A stretch of 64,000 bases of DNA from Somniosus microcephalus (GCA_052327205.1 CM126205.1:119350001-119414000); one strand, 5' to 3'. Shown: positions 36,437 through 50,663, numbered from the stretch's first letter. Notes: generated by a model not told the origin, from the sequence alone. Numbers and translations are program-made.

Positions 36437-38115
36437 CATAGAAACATAGAAACATAGAAGATAGGAGCAGGATTAGGCCATTTGGCCTCTCCAGCCTGTT
36501 CTGCCATTTAAGGAAATCATGGCTGATCATAGAAATTCAGTACCCTGTCCCTGCTTTCTTCCCATATCCCTTGATCACTTTAGCCTTAAGAAATATATCT
36601 AACACCTTCTTGAATATATTTAATGCATTGGCCTCAACTGCCTTCTGTGGTAGAGAATTCCACAGGTTCAACACTCTCTGGGTGAAGAAATTCCTCCTCA
36701 TCTCTGTCCTAACTGGCTTACCCCTTATCCTTAGACAGTGATCTCTGGTTCTGGACTCCCCGGCCATCGGGAACATTCTTCCTGCATCTAGTTGTCTAGT
36801 CCTGTTAGAATTTTACAAGTTTCAATGAGGTCCCCTCGCATTCTTCTAAACGCTAGCGAATCTAAGCATAATCGACCCAATCTCTCTTCACACGTCATTC
36901 TTGCCATCCCAGGTATCAGTGTGGTGAATCTTCACTGCACTCCCTCCACGGCAAGGACATCCTTCCTCAGATAAGGGGACGAAAACTGCACACAATACTC
37001 AAGGTGTGGTCTCACCAAGGCCTTGTACAACTGCAGCCAGACATCTTTGCTCCTGTACTCGAGACCGCTCGCTATGAAGGCCAACATACCATTTGCCTTC
37101 TTAACCGCCTGCTGCACCTGCATGCTTACCTTCAGTGACTGGTGCATAAGGACACTCAGGTCTCGTTACACTTCCCCTTTTCCCAATCTATTGCCATTCA
37201 GATAATAAACTTTCTTCCTGTTTTTGCCACCAAAGTGGATAACCTCGCATTTATCCACATTATACTACATCTGCCATGCATCTGCCCAATCACCCAACCT
37301 GTCCAAATCATACTAGAGTTTCTCTGCATCATCTGCACAGCACACACGCCCACCCAGCTTTGTGTTGTCTGCAAACTTGGAGATATTACATCTAGTTCCC
37401 TTGTCTAGTTCATTAATATATATTGTGAATAGCTGGGGTCCTAGCACCAATCCCTGCGTTACCCCAATAGTCACTGCCTGCCACTCAAAAAAAGAGCCAT
37501 TTATTCCAACACTTTGCTTCCGGTCTGCCAACCAGTTCTTTATCCAAGTCAGTACCTTACCCCCAATCCTTTGCTTTAACTTTGCGCGCTAATCTCTTAT
37601 GCGGGACCTTATTGAATGCCTTCTAAATGTCCAAATACACCACATCCACTGGTTCTCCCTGATCTATTTTACCAATTACATCCTCAAAAAATTACACTAG
37701 ATTAGTCAAGCATGATTTACCTTTTGTAAATCCATATTGACTTAGTCTGATCCTGCCACTGTTTTCCAAGTGCTCTGCTATTACATCTTTTATAATGGAC
37801 TCTAGCATTTTCACCACTACTAATGTCAGGCTTACCGGTCTATAATTCCCCGTTTTCTCTCTACCACCTTTTTTAAATAGTGGGGTAACATTAGCTACCC
37901 TCCAATCCATGGGAACTGTTCCACAATCTACAGACTTTTGGAAGATGACCAGCAGTGCATCTACTATTTCTATGGCCACTTCCTTAAGTGCCCTCGGATG
38001 TAAATGATCAGGCCCTTGGGATTTATTGGCCTTCAATCCCGTCAATTTCCCTAACACCATTTCCCTACAAATAATGATTTCATTCAATGCCTCCATCTCA
38101 TTAGACCCTATGTTC
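36437..38115 (-). mobile_element. Nested 5'-truncated CR1 (element B)
   Basis: (CATAGAAA)n tail at left; RT ORFs on the minus strand. Confidence 0.92.
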
Positions 38116-38938
38116 AGCATATCATAAGGTTTAGATTAGCAATGGAGAGGAGCAAGGAACAATCTAGAGTAGAACTTCTAAACTGGAAAAGGGCGAACTT
38201 CAATGGGATGCGAAAGGATCTAGCCAGGGTAAAATTGAACCAAAGGCTAACAGGAAAACTGGAGCAAAACAATGAGTGACCTTTAAGGAGGAGGTGTTCC
38301 AAGTACAGGCTAGGTACATTCCAACAAGAGGGAAGGGGAAGGGAACCAAAGAAAGAGCCCCTTGGATGGCGTGGGAGATAGAGAAGATGATGAAACAAAA
38401 AAGAGGGCGTATGATGCATGTCAAGTGAATTCTTCAATGGAGAACCAGACCAAATGCAATAGGTTAAGAGAGGATGTGAAGATGAAAATAAGATTGGCAA
38501 AGAGAGGATGTAAGAGTAGAATGCTGGTGAACATAAAAGGGAACTCTAAAATCTTCTACCGGCACGTAACTAGTAAGAGGCGGGTGGTGCCTATTAGAGA
38601 AAAAGAAGGTGACAAATGCTTAGAGGTGCAGGGCAAGGCTAGAATATTCAATGAGTACTTTGTATCGGTGTTTACTATGGAGGTGAAGGCTCACAAATTA
38701 TTGTTAGAAGTGGAAAAGGTAGAAGCAATGGAAGGGGTGAAAGTTGATAGACAGAATGTACTGGAAAGATGCGGGGGAGGTGCTTGTGGATTGGAAAATG
38801 GCAAATGTGACACCAATGTTCAAGAAAGGGTGTGAGGACAATCCTAGTAACTACAGGCCGGTCAGTTTAACATCAGTGGTGGGTAAAGTTTTAGAAATGA
38901 TAATCACGGAAAAATTAACGGGCACTTGGAGAGGTTTA

Positions 38939-39059
38939 AGCAAAGCAAGTACGGGGTACTGAGTTTGAATGATCAGCCATGATCTCATCGAATGGCAGAG
39001 CAGGCTCGAGGGGCCGAATGACCTACTCCTGCTCCTATCTTCTATGTTTCTATGTTTCT
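38939..39059 (+). mobile_element. Nested short CR1 3'-end fragment
   Basis: GATCAGCCATGATCTC..(TTTCTATG)n inserted in the RT of element A. Confidence 0.8.
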
Positions 39060-40059
39060 ATTAAGGAGAGTCAACACGGATTTGTAAAAGGCAGATAGTG
39101 TTTGACTAATTTAATTGAATTTTTTGATGAAGTAACAGGGAGGATAGATGAAGGGAAGACAATGGACGTTGTCTACATTGATTTTAGGAAGGCGTTTGAC
39201 AAAGTACCACATAGGAGGCTGGTTAAGAAAATTGAGGCTCATGGAAGAGGTGGGTCAGTGGCAGCTTGGATACGGAATTGGCTTAAGGACAGATAAAAGC
39301 ATGCTGTGGTAAATGGCTGTTTTTCAGACTGGAGTATGGTAGATAGTGGTGCTCCCTAAGGGTCAGTGCTGGGGCCACTGCTTTTTTGATATATATAAAC
39401 GACCTGTATATTGGAATACAGGGTAGAATTTCTAAATTTGCCGATGACACCAAACTTGGGGGTTTGGTGAACAGTGAGAATGATACCAATCGACTGCAAC
39501 AGGACATAGAAAGGCTAGCAGAATGGGCAGACAAGTGGCAGATTAAATTTAATACAGGGAAGTGTGAGATGATGCATTTTGGCAGAAGGAGCAGGGAGAG
39601 GCAATATGCATTTAATGGCACAGTTGGAAAGTTTGTGCAGGGACAGAGGGACCTGGGAGTTAATGTGCATAGGTCCCTGACGGTGGCAGGATATATTGAG
39701 AGAGTGGTTAGAATCCGAAATGTGATCTTGGGCTTCATAAATAGAGGTATTGAGTACAAAAGTAGAGAAGTTATGCTGAACCTTTATAAAGTGCTGGTTA
39801 GGTCACAACTGGAGTATTGCGTCAGTTCTGGTCACCACAGTTCAGGAAGGATGTGGCGGCACTTGAGAGCGTGCAGAGAAGATTTACCAGAATGGTTCCG
39901 AGGTTGGGGGATCTTAGCTACAGGGACAGGTTGGAGAAGCTGGATTTGTTTTCATTAGAGCAAAGGAGGAAGAGGGGTGAATTGATATATGTGTACGAGA
40001 TTATTACGGGTTTGGATAGGCTAGACAGGGAAAGGCTGTTCCCACTAGTTGATACAGAC

Positions 40060-43000
40060 TAGAATGCAGGTAAGTGATTGGTTGGTGAGTATTTCTCTCC
40101 TTTTTAAACTTTAACTCTGTGGTTTATAGTTTTTAAGATCTCTGTGGTGTCGCGGGGACTGTTGCTAAACCAGGGCCCTTAACTATATCATTTATGTGCA
40201 GTGTAATTGGCGGGATTGATTTGTTTAATTTAATTTCAATTAATTAAAGGGTAAGTCATGGCAGGACAGCCCAGCCCCGTGGTATGCTCCTCCTGCGCTA
40301 TGTGGGAACTCAGGGACACTTCCTGTGTCCCTGACAACCATGTGTGCAGGAAGTGTGTCCAGCTGCAGCTACTGGCAGACCGCATTGCGGTGCTGGAGCA
40401 GCGATTGGATAGATACTGGATCATTCGCGTGGCTGAGGACGTCGTGAATAGCACGTTTGATCAGTTGGTCACACCGCAGGCAAAGGTTGGACAGGCAGAA
40501 AGGGAATGGGTGACCAACAGGCAGAATAGTATGTACAGTGCAGGGGTCGGTCCCCTGTGGCCATCCCCCTCTCAAACAGATATACCGCTTTGGATACTGA
40601 TGGGGGGGATGGCTTACAAGAGGAAGGCAGCAGCAGCCAACTTCTTGGCACCAGGGGTGGCTCTTCTGCACAGGACGGGAGGAAAAAGAGGGGGAGAGCT
40701 ATAGTAATAGGGGATACTATTGTAAGGGGAATAGATAGGCGTTCCTGCGGCCGCAAACGAGATGCCAGGATGGTGTGTTGCCTCCCTGGTGCAAGGGTAA
40801 AGGATGTCTCAGAGCGGCTGCAGAATATTTTGGAAGGGGAGGGTGAACAGCCAGTTGTCGTGGTGCATATAGATACCAATGATATAGGTAAAAACCGGGA
40901 TGAGGTCATAAAAGCTGAATATAGGGAGTTAGGAGGTAAATTAAAAAATAGGACCTCAAAGGTAGTAATCTCAGGATTGCTAACAGTGCCACGTGCTAGT
41001 CAGAGTAGAAGTAGAAGGATATTTCAGATGTATACGTGGCTAGAGGAATGGTGCAAGGGGGAGGGATTCAAATTCCTGGGTTATTGGAACCGGTCCTGGC
41101 GGAGGTGGGACCAGTTCAAACTGAACGGTTTGCACCTGGGCTAGGCCGGGACAGATGTCCTAGGGGGAGTGTTTGCCAGTGCTCTGGGGGAGGGTTTAAA
41201 CTAAAATGGCAGGGGGTTGGGAACCTGAGCAGGGTGACAGAGGAAAGGGAAACAAGGATAAAAACAAAAGATAGGAAGGAGAAAAACAAAAGTGACAGGC
41301 AGAGAAATCAAGGGTTTAAATCAAACATGGCCACATTAAATAATAATTCTAAAAGTTCTAATAGCGTTAAAAAACAAGCCTGATGGCTTTGTGTCTTAAT
41401 GCGAGGAGCATTCATAATAAGGTGGATGAATTAGCTGCACAAAATAGAGGTAAATGAATATGATATGATTGGGATTACAGAAACATGGCTCCAGGATGGC
41501 CAAGGCTGGGAACTCAACATCCAGGGGTATTCAATATTCAGGAAAGATAGGCAAAAATGAAAAGGAGGTGGGTAGCTTTGCTGGTTAAAGAAGGGATTAA
41601 CACAATTGAAAGGAAAGATATTAGCTCTGACGATGTGGAATCTGTATGGGTAGAACTGAGAAATTCCAAAGGGCAGAAAACGTTAGTGAGAGAGGTATAT
41701 AGACCTCCAAACAGTAATGCAGAGGTCGGTGATGGCATTAAAAGGGAAATTAGGGAGGCGTGCAATAAGGACACAGCAGCTATCATGGGTGACTTTAATC
41801 GACATATAGATTGGGCTAACCAAATTAGTAAAAATACTGCAGAGGAGGAATTCCTGGATTGTATACGGGATGGTTTCCTGGACCAATATGTCGAGGAACC
41901 AACTAGAGATCAGGCCATCTTAGCCTGGGTATTATGTAATGGAAACGATTAATTAGCAATCGTGTTTTGCGACGCCCCTTGGGTCGGAGCGATCATAATA
42001 TGATAGAATTCTTCATTAAGATGGAGAGTGAAATAGTTGACTGAGAGACAAGGGTCCTGAATTCAAATAAAGGAGACTATGATGGTATGAGGTGCGACTT
42101 GGGTTGGATTGATTGGGGAATGTCACTCAAAGGGTTGACGGTGGATGGGCAATGGCAACCATTCAAAGATCACATGCATGAACTAATGAATTTGTTCATC
42201 CCAGTTTGGCATAAAAATAAAACAAAAAATGTGACTCAACCGTGGCTAACAAGGGAAATTAGGGATAGCATAAGATCCAAGGAGGGGACATATAAATTGG
42301 CCAGAAAATGCAGTAAACCTGAGGATTGGGAGCAGTTTAGGATCCAAGAAAGGAGGACAAAGGGATTAATTAAGAGGGCGAAATAGAGTATGAGAGTAAG
42401 CTTGCAGGGAACATAAAAACTGACTGTAAAAGCTTTTATAGATATGGGAAGAGAAAAAGATTGGTGAAGTCAAACGTAGGTCCTTTGCAGACAGAATCAG
42501 GGGAATTTATAATGGGGAACAAAGAAATGGCAGACCAATTAAATACATACTTTGATTCTGTCTTCACAAAGGAGGACACAAATGACCTCCCAAAAATGTC
42601 GGGGAACATAGGGTCTAATGAAAGGGAGGAACTGATAGGAATCAGTATTTGTAGGGAAATGGTGTTAGGGAAATTGATGGGATTGAGGGCCAATAAATTC
42701 CCAGGGCCTGATAATCTGCATCCTAGGGTACTTAAGGAACTGGCCCTAGAAATAATAGATGCATTGCTGGTCATCTTCCAAAATTCGATAGGCTCTGGTG
42801 CAGTGCCCATGGATTGGCGTGTAGCTAATTTTACCACACTGTTCAAAAAGAATGGTAGAGAGAAAATGGGGAATTACAGACTGGTAAGCCTGACATCGGG
42901 AGTGGGGAAAATGCTAGTGTCCATTATAAAGGATGTAATAGCCGAGCACTTGGAAAAAAGTGACCGGATCGGACAAAGTCAACATGGATTTACAAAAGGT

Positions 43001-44279
43001 AAATCGTGCTTGACTAATCTACTGGAGTTTTTTGAGGAAGTAACTGATAAAATAGATAAGGGAGAACCAGTGGATGCGGTGTATTTGGATTTTCAAAAGG
43101 CTGTCGATAAGGTCCCGCATAAGAGATTTGCGTGCAAAATTAAGGCACATGGGATTGGGAGCAAGGTATTGACTTGGATAGAGAACTGGTTGGCAGACAG
43201 AAAGCAAAGAGTTGGAAAAAACGGGTCGCTTTCCGAGTGGCAGGCAGTGATTAGTTGGATACCACAGGGATCGGTCCTTGGACCCCAGCTATTCACAATA
43301 TATATTAATGATCTGGACGAGGGAACGAGATGTAATAACTCCAAGTTTGCAGACGACACAAAGCTGGGTGGGCGTGTGTGCAGTGAGGAAGATGCCGAGA
43401 AAATGCAGTATGATTTGGACAGGTTGGGAGATTGGGCAAAAGCATGGCAGATGCAAAATAACGTGGAATAAATGCGAGGTTATCCACTTTGCTGTCAAAA
43501 ACAGGAAGGCAGATTATTATCTGAATGGCAATAGATTGGGAGAAGGGGAATTGCAACGAGACCTGGGCGTCCTTGTGCACCAGTCGCCGAAAGTAAGCAT
43601 GCAGGTGCAGCAGGCGGTTAAGAAGGCAAATGGTATGTTGGCCTTCGTAGCGAGAGGGTTTGAGTACAGGAACAAGGATGTCTTGCTGCAGGTGTACAGG
43701 ACCTTGGTGAGAGCACACCTTGAGTATTGTGTGCTGTTTTGGTCGCCTTATCTGAGGAAGGATGTTGTTGCCATGGAAGGAGTGCAGCGAAGATTCATCA
43801 GGCTGATACCTGGGATGGCAGGAATGACTTATGAGGAGAGATTGGGTCGATTGGGCTTGTACTCGCTGGAGTTTAGAAGAATGAGAGGGGATCTCATCCA
43901 AACTTATAAAATTCTAACAGGACTAGACAGACTAGCTGCTGGAAGGATGTTCCCGATGGTCGGGGAGTCCAGAACCAGGGGTCACAGTCTAAGGATAAGG
44001 GGTAAGCCATTTAGGACAGAGATGAGGAGGAATTTCTTCAGCCAAGAGAGTGGTGAACCTGTCGAATTATCTGCCAAAGAAGGCAGTAGAGGTCAATTCA
44101 TTAAATATATTCAAGAAGGAGTTGGATATATTTCTTAAGGCTAAAGGGATTAAGGGATATGGAGAGAAGGCAGGAACAGGGTTCTGAATTTGGATGATCA
44201 GCCATGATCTTATTGAATGGCGAAGCAGGCTCAAGGGGCCGAATGGCCTACTCCTGCTCCTATCTTCTATGTTTCTATG
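40060..44279 (+). mobile_element. Nested near-full-length CR1 (element C): ORF1 40258-41200, ORF2 about 41380-44140
   Basis: MAGQPSPVVCSSCAMW..CRKC; GDTIVRGIDRR; VYRPPNS; KFADDTKLGG; TTTCTATG tail. Confidence 0.93.
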
Positions 44280-44764
44280 CTACAGGGGCTTAGGGACACA
44301 AATTTAAGGTTTTGGGCAAGAGATACAGAGGGGTTGTGAGGAAAAACTTTTTAAAGCTGTGAGTGGCGAGGTCCTGGAACTCGCTGCCAATGGAAGTAGT
44401 GGAAGTGGAGACACTCGATATTTTCAAGGGGTGTCTGGAAAGGCACTTGTGGGAATACATTTGCAGGGCTATGGGGATAGAGCGGGGTAATGGGACTAAC
44501 TGGATGGCTCTGCAGAGAGCCGCATGGACTCGATGGGCCGAATCTCCTCCTTCTTTGCCGTTATGACTCTGTGACCCTATGACTCTATGACTATGACGAG
44601 TTAACAGAGTCATGGCATGTCACTGGCAGATAACAGTTGACAACTTTAAGTGATTGGATGAATCGCGGGTAATGATTGCGAGCAGGAAGCTCAGTGAGCA
44701 TTTGTAGCCTGGGTGTGGCTCGAAAAGTTGTATAAAAGTAAACAGTTATCTGCTGACACAAGTA

Positions 44765-47700
44765 ATGGTCGTACAGAGTTGTAATAAACGGAGTGCATCA
44801 TAACCAGAGTGTAAACGTGGGAATTTGTTGAGAGTGGGATTTCGGTGCATAGCAGGAAGGAAGGGCTGGTTTTACCTCCAATACTTGCAGTGGTTTGTGC
44901 TACCGGTGACTATTTAGTTTAATCTGTCTATAACATAAGCTAGGTCAGGTAATTAGTTAATAACTAAAAACTGTAAGCTAAGTTGATTAAATACATTAAC
45001 TTTAATTAACTAAATAAATAAAACGAGGTTTGATAGGGATGGCAGTGCAGGTGGCGTGCCACAACTGCAGCATGTGGCAGTTTGTGGGAATATATCGATC
45101 CCGGACAACCACATCTGCAATAAGTGTCTGCATCTCGAGGAACTTCTGCTCAGAGTTGTTGAACTGGAGTCCAAGGTTCGGACATTGCCTGGTCTCAGGG
45201 AGGGGGCGAGTTACCTCGACACTTTGATCCAGGAGGCACTCACACACCTTAGGTTAGGAAGTGGTACAGACCAGGTCATAGAAAGGAGGTTGTGACTGCG
45301 ACTCAGCCAGTTAAGTTGACACCAGGTGCAGTGCTGGAGGAGCCTCGGCCTTTGCCCTTATCCAACAGATACGAAGTTCTTGCGGCCTCTGTGGACGAGG
45401 GCAAATCTGCAGAGTGGATAAACAAACTGACCATGGCACCGTGGTACATGTGGCCTTTCAAGGGACGGGAGTGAAAAGGAATGTGGTACTGTTAGGGGAC
45501 AGTATAGTGATGGAGATAGATACTGTTCTCTGCAGCTGCAAGCGGGAGTTCCAAAGGCTGTGTTGCCTGCCCGGTGCCAGGGTTAAACACATATCCGCAT
45601 GGCTGGAGAAGAACTTCGAGCATGAGAGGAGGATCCAGTTGTCATGGACCACGTAGGAACCAATGACATAGGTAGAACTAGGAATGAGGTCCTGCTGAGG
45701 CAATTTGAGGAGCTAGGGTTCAAGTTAGAAAGCAAAACCTCAAAGGTAATAATCTCTGCATTGTTACCTGAGCCACGCGCAAATTGGCATAGGGACAAAC
45801 AGATCGGCGAGTTGAATGCATGACTCAAGGAGTGGTATGGAACACAGGGGTTTCGATTCACAGTTAATTGGCATCTGTACTGGGGAAAGAGGGGGCAGTT
45901 CCGTTGTGACGGGCTCCACTTAAAGGATGACATAAGGCCAGTAGTGAGGAAAGATCTTGACTCAGAAGAGCAAGAAGTAGAATCAGTCTGGGCGGAGATA
46001 CGAAATAACAAGGGGCAGAAAACACAAGTGGGGTTAGTTTGTAGCCCCCCGAACAATACCTATACTGCTGGACAGAGTATTTATCAAGAAATAAGAGGAG
46101 CCTGTAACAAAGGTAATAAAATAATCATTGTGGACGTTAATCTTCATAAAAAATGGTCAAATCAAATTGGCAAATGTAGTTTGGAGGAGGAGTTCATGGA
46201 ATGAGTTCGAGACAGATTCCTGGAAGAAAACGTCGTCGAACCAACCAGGGAAGAGGCTATTTTAGATCTTGTCTTGTGTAATGAGACAGGGTTAATTAGT
46301 AACACCATAGTAAGGGATCCTCTGGGGAAGAATGATCATAATATGATAGAGTTTCACATTGAGTTCCAGAGTGACGTACTTAAGTACGAAACTAGAGTAT
46401 TAAACTTAAATAAAGATAATTACAAAGGTATGGGGGCGAGTGCACTGAGGTAAATTGAGAAAATAGATTAAAATATATGATGGTAGATAAGCAATGGGAA
46501 TATTTAATTAAATATTTCATAATTCTCAACAAATTTATATTCCATTGAGAAATAAAAACTCCACAGGAAAAGTGATACATCTGTGGGTCATTAATGAGGT
46601 TAAGGATAGTAATAGATTAAAAGAAGAGGCTTATAATGTTTCTAAGCAGATAAATTACCTGGAGGAATGTGAGAGTTTCAGAAACCAGCTAAGGATGACC
46701 ATACATTGATAAAGCGGAAGAAAACACAATATTGGAGTAAACTATTAAGAAATAGCAAAACAGATGGTAAGAGCTTCTACAGTATATTAAAAGGAAGAGA
46801 ATAGTAAAAGTAATCGTGGGTCCGTTAGAGGCTGAGACAGTTGAAATTACAATGGGGAATAAGGAAATGGCTGAGACGTTAAACAAATATTTTGTATCTA
46901 TCTTCAGAGTAAAAGGCACAAAAAGCATACCAAAATGGTAGGGAGCCAAGGGTCTAAATATCGTGAGGAACTTAAACTAATTAATATTAGTAAAGAAACA
47001 TTACTGGATAAATTAATGGGACTGAAATACGACTAATCCCGTGGACCTGATGGCCCACATCATACGGTTTTAAAAGAGGTGGCCACAGAGATAATGGATG
47101 CATTGGTTCTGAACTTCCCTAGATTTTGGAACGGTCCCATTGGATTGGAAAGTACCAAATGTAACACCGCCACTCAAGAAATGAAGTAGAGAGAAAACAG
47201 GGAACTACAAGCCAGTTAGTCGTCATAAAATGCTGGAATACATTATTAAGTAAATGAACACAGGGCACTTAGAAAGTCATAATATGAAAAGGCACAGTCA
47301 ACATGGTTTTATGAAAGGGAAATAGTGTTTAACAAATTAATCAGAGTGTTTTGAGGATGTAACTAACAGGGTAGTTAATTGCTAACCAGTGGATGTAGTG
47401 TATCTGGGTTTCCAAAAGGCAGTCGAGAAGATGCCACATAAAACGTTGCAAGGCAAGGTAAGGGTTCATGGGTTTGGGGGTAACATATTTTCGTGGATGG
47501 AGGATTGGTTCACCAACAGAAAACTGAGAGGAGGGATAAACGGGTCATTTTCCATTTGGCAGGTTGTAACTAGTGGGGTGTCGCAAGGATCACTGTTTGG
47601 GCCTCAGCTATTCACAAGCTATCTCAATGACTTAGATGAAGGGGTTGAGAACAATGTATCCAAGTTTGCTAAGGATACAAAGCTAGGGGGAATGTAAGCT

Positions 47701-48588
47701 CTAAGGAGGACACAAAGAGCTTTCAAACTGATATAGACAGGTTAGGTGAAAGGGTAATAAGGTGGTAGACGGTGCATAATATGGGGAAATGTGAGGTTAT
47801 TCACTTTGGTAGGAATATTAGAAAAGCAGAATATTTTTTTAAATGTTGAGACCCTATTAAATGTTTGTGTTCTGACAAAATAGGTCTCCTCGTGCAGGAA
47901 ATACAAAAGGTTAGCATGGAGGTACAGCAAACAATTGAGAAGGCAAATGGCATGTTGTTCGTTATTGCTAGTGGGTTGGAGTACACGACTGAGGAGGTCT
48001 TACTACAATTGTACAGGGCTTTGGTGAGACCACACCTGGAGTACTGTGCACAGTTTCGGCCTCCTTATCTGAGAAAGGACATACAGGCCTTAGCGGTGGC
48101 GCAACGAAGGTCCACTAGATTGATTCCTGGCATGGGCGGGTTGTCCTATCAGGAGAGATTGAGTGAATTGGGCCGATACTCTCTGGAGTTTAGAAGTATG
48201 AGAGGTGATCTCATTGAAACATATAAGATTCTGAGGTGGTTGACAAGATTGATGCTGAGAGGTTGTTTCCCCTGGCTGGAGAGTCCAGAACTATGGGGCA
48301 TAGTCTCAGGGTAAGGGGTAGGCCATTCAAGACTGAGATGACTAATTTTTACCCTCAGAAGGTTGTGAATCTTAGGAATTCTCTGCCCCAGAGGGCTGTG
48401 GATTCTGAGTCGTTGAGTATATTCAAGGCTGAGATAGATAGATTTTTGAACTCTAGGGGAATCAAAGGCTATGAGGACGAGGCGGGACAGTGGAGTTGCA
48501 GTCGAAGATCAGCCATGCTTATATTGAATGGCAGAGCAGGCACAAGGAACCGTATAGCCTACTCCTGCCCCAAATTCTTATGTTCTTA
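44765..48588 (+). mobile_element. Decayed CR1 (element D) with a deletion across the ORF1/ORF2 junction near 45920
   Basis: 5' UTR motif shared with element A (TGGTCGTACA..CGGAGTGCATC); GDSIV..CCLPGARVK; RT motifs; TTCTTATG tail. Confidence 0.9.
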
Positions 48589-49225
48589 CCACGCTCCCCA
48601 CGGGCTGTTAGACCCTGCGCCCCAATACCACCACAACACACAAACTCTCAATGCTACTAAACCGCCATCCAAACACTGTTTGACTTCCAGCCATCCCAGA
48701 TCACCAGCCTCCCACCGGTGTTCCTAGAACCTTATTTTCCATTGCTTCAAGAACCAAGAAAATCCTCCACCAAGTACTCACAGACCCCGGAAAGACACCT
48801 GGAAATACTCGCAGCTCACGTCTCAGTAACGCTTGATCCTGTGTCAACAGCGTTGGTTGGTTTTACAATGCGGATGACACTTTACGTGTGAAGTTTTCAA
48901 TCTCCATTAACGCGACAGTCGTTGACGCCCGGGAACTTTATGACCGGTTTCTGCTCTGCATGCAGTGACAGGATCGGTCCACACGGTGCCACTGTGGAGC
49001 AGCAGTGAACGCTGGGAGAGGTTTACAATCCTACACTCGGCTCCGAGTAAGAGCCATGCTGGAATGTCACTGTGCGAGAAAAGAACTGAGGAAAATCATC
49101 AGACTTTATTTGTATTTTACCGTGTTTATTAATCTTTTACTTTGCCTCTCCAGATAAGAATATTGTTTGCACTGCCACTTGGTCCAGTTGTTATGTCGGG
49201 AAACTGGGCAACCAATTACCCTATA

Positions 49226-49518
49226 AATAGCAATGAGATAAATGACCAGTGCAGCTGTTTTAGTGATGCTGTTTAAGGGATAAATATTGGTCAGGATATG
49301 GGAGAACTCCTCTGCTCTTCTTCCAATGGTGCCATGGGGTTTCTTATGTCCACTTGAGCGAGCAGATGGGGCGAACTTGGTTTAACGTCTCATCTGAAAG
49401 AGGTGAGCTCTGACAGTGCAGCACTCTCTCAGGGCACTGGAATGCCAGCCTGGATTATATACTCAAGTATCAGGAGTGGGACTTGAATCTGAAACTACAA
49501 CCTTCTCACACAGAGGGA
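49226..49518 (-). mobile_element. tRNA-derived Deu-domain SINE (SacSINE1-like)
   Basis: Minus strand B-box-like GATTCAAGTCCCACTCC followed by GCTGCACTGTCAGAG..CTTTCAGATGAGACGTTAAACC. Confidence 0.75.
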
Positions 49519-49519
49519 G

Positions 49520-49790
49520 TGGAGTTGAGTGGTCGGGAATTCAATGTGCTGGGATCAACGGGAAAGAGGTTGGTGTTATGGAGATAATTAATGTGGAGGA
49601 GGCATGAGAGAATTGTGCGGGCAACTGCGGAAAGATGCGCTGGGAGTGTACAGTTGTTAAGAGTGGAGGGAATGGGCTGGAGACGGTTAGCTGGGGATCG
49701 AAGGAACGGGAGAAAGCAACGACATCCGCTCGGAAGAAGTTCCCGATCTTGGAGATAAGGAAATCCATGAGCTGGTTGACTGTTCTCGGG
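49520..49790 (-). mobile_element. L2 LINE fragment
   Basis: QLMDFLISKI..SHASSTLIISITPTSF, similar to L2 pre-RT linker motifs. Confidence 0.6.
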
Positions 49791-50315
49791 ATGTATTTCG
49801 TGAGTTGAAAGAAGGCTGCCCACCGCATATCCAATATGAACACATTTTAAATGAACCATTCCCGTGTGGCGATTCCCCACCCGTGCTGTGTGAATGTGGG
49901 TTTTTCTCTCAGTTTTCTCCCCTTGTCTCCTGCTGCCGGTGCCTCGTGCTGGGTCCGGTTCCCCTGCACCGGAGGAAGCCACGCCTCCTCTCCGTGACCT
50001 CCCCATGGTAGGCATTCTTCATGTTTGGCTCGGGATAGTAAGACTGGACAGACTATTCGCCAAGTAGAGCGGGGAGTCTGGGCTGAGACTGATCCCGTCT
50101 CCAGCCCATACTCACACACGGGACCTTTGCTGCAGGTGGGTCCCCGGATACCGATTGGGAAATTTCAATCTTTGTGTTGACAATTTAACAGGGAGACTCG
50201 GACTGAAACTAACACCCAATATGTTGCCTCAGCTCAAATCTCTTAACTGAGCATCAATGGGTGCCGAAGCCAACACTGTCCGGCGTGTGATGGCCAGTTC
50301 CTGCATTTACATATC

Positions 50316-50663
50316 AGCCTACAAATTCATCTCTGGCGGTGGCGCAAAACAGGCGGTAACGGGTCAGCTGCCCGTTAAACGCTGCACCTGATACTCAGTC
50401 CCACAATGGAATGAATATCAGGCGCTGGATATAACGGGCTGCCGATCCGATACCGCCCGTTAAACGCTGCACCTGTTACTCAGTCCCACAATGGAATGAA
50501 TATCCGGCACTGCAGAAAACGGGCGGCCGATCTGATACCACCCGTTAAACGCTGCACCTAATACTCAGACCCACAATGGAACGCATATTAGGCGCTGCAG
50601 ATAATGGGTGTCCCATCTGATACCGCCCGTTTCGCGCCAACGCCCATGACGAATTTCTAGGCC
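50316..50663. mobile_element. Palindromic MITE with an internal 85-bp triplication
   Basis: TIR-like AGCCTACAAATTCATC / GACGAATTTCTAGGCC; copies start at 50371, 50456 and 50541. Confidence 0.85.

Larger units (their letters stand above)
34200..44597 (+). mobile_element. Full-length CR1 LINE (element A) interrupted by three nested CR1 insertions
   Basis: ORF1 Zn finger (CTSCAMW..CRKC) and SGNH esterase (IGDSLVKG..CCLPGARVKDV). ORF2 pieces are colinear at 35810-36436, 38116-38938, 39060-40040 and 44280-44597; tail (ATGACTCT)n. Confidence 0.85.

Noticed and set aside
49506-50119. 169-aa and overlapping ORFs as a host gene
   Set aside because: No recognisable domain; partly an alternative frame of an L2 fragment.
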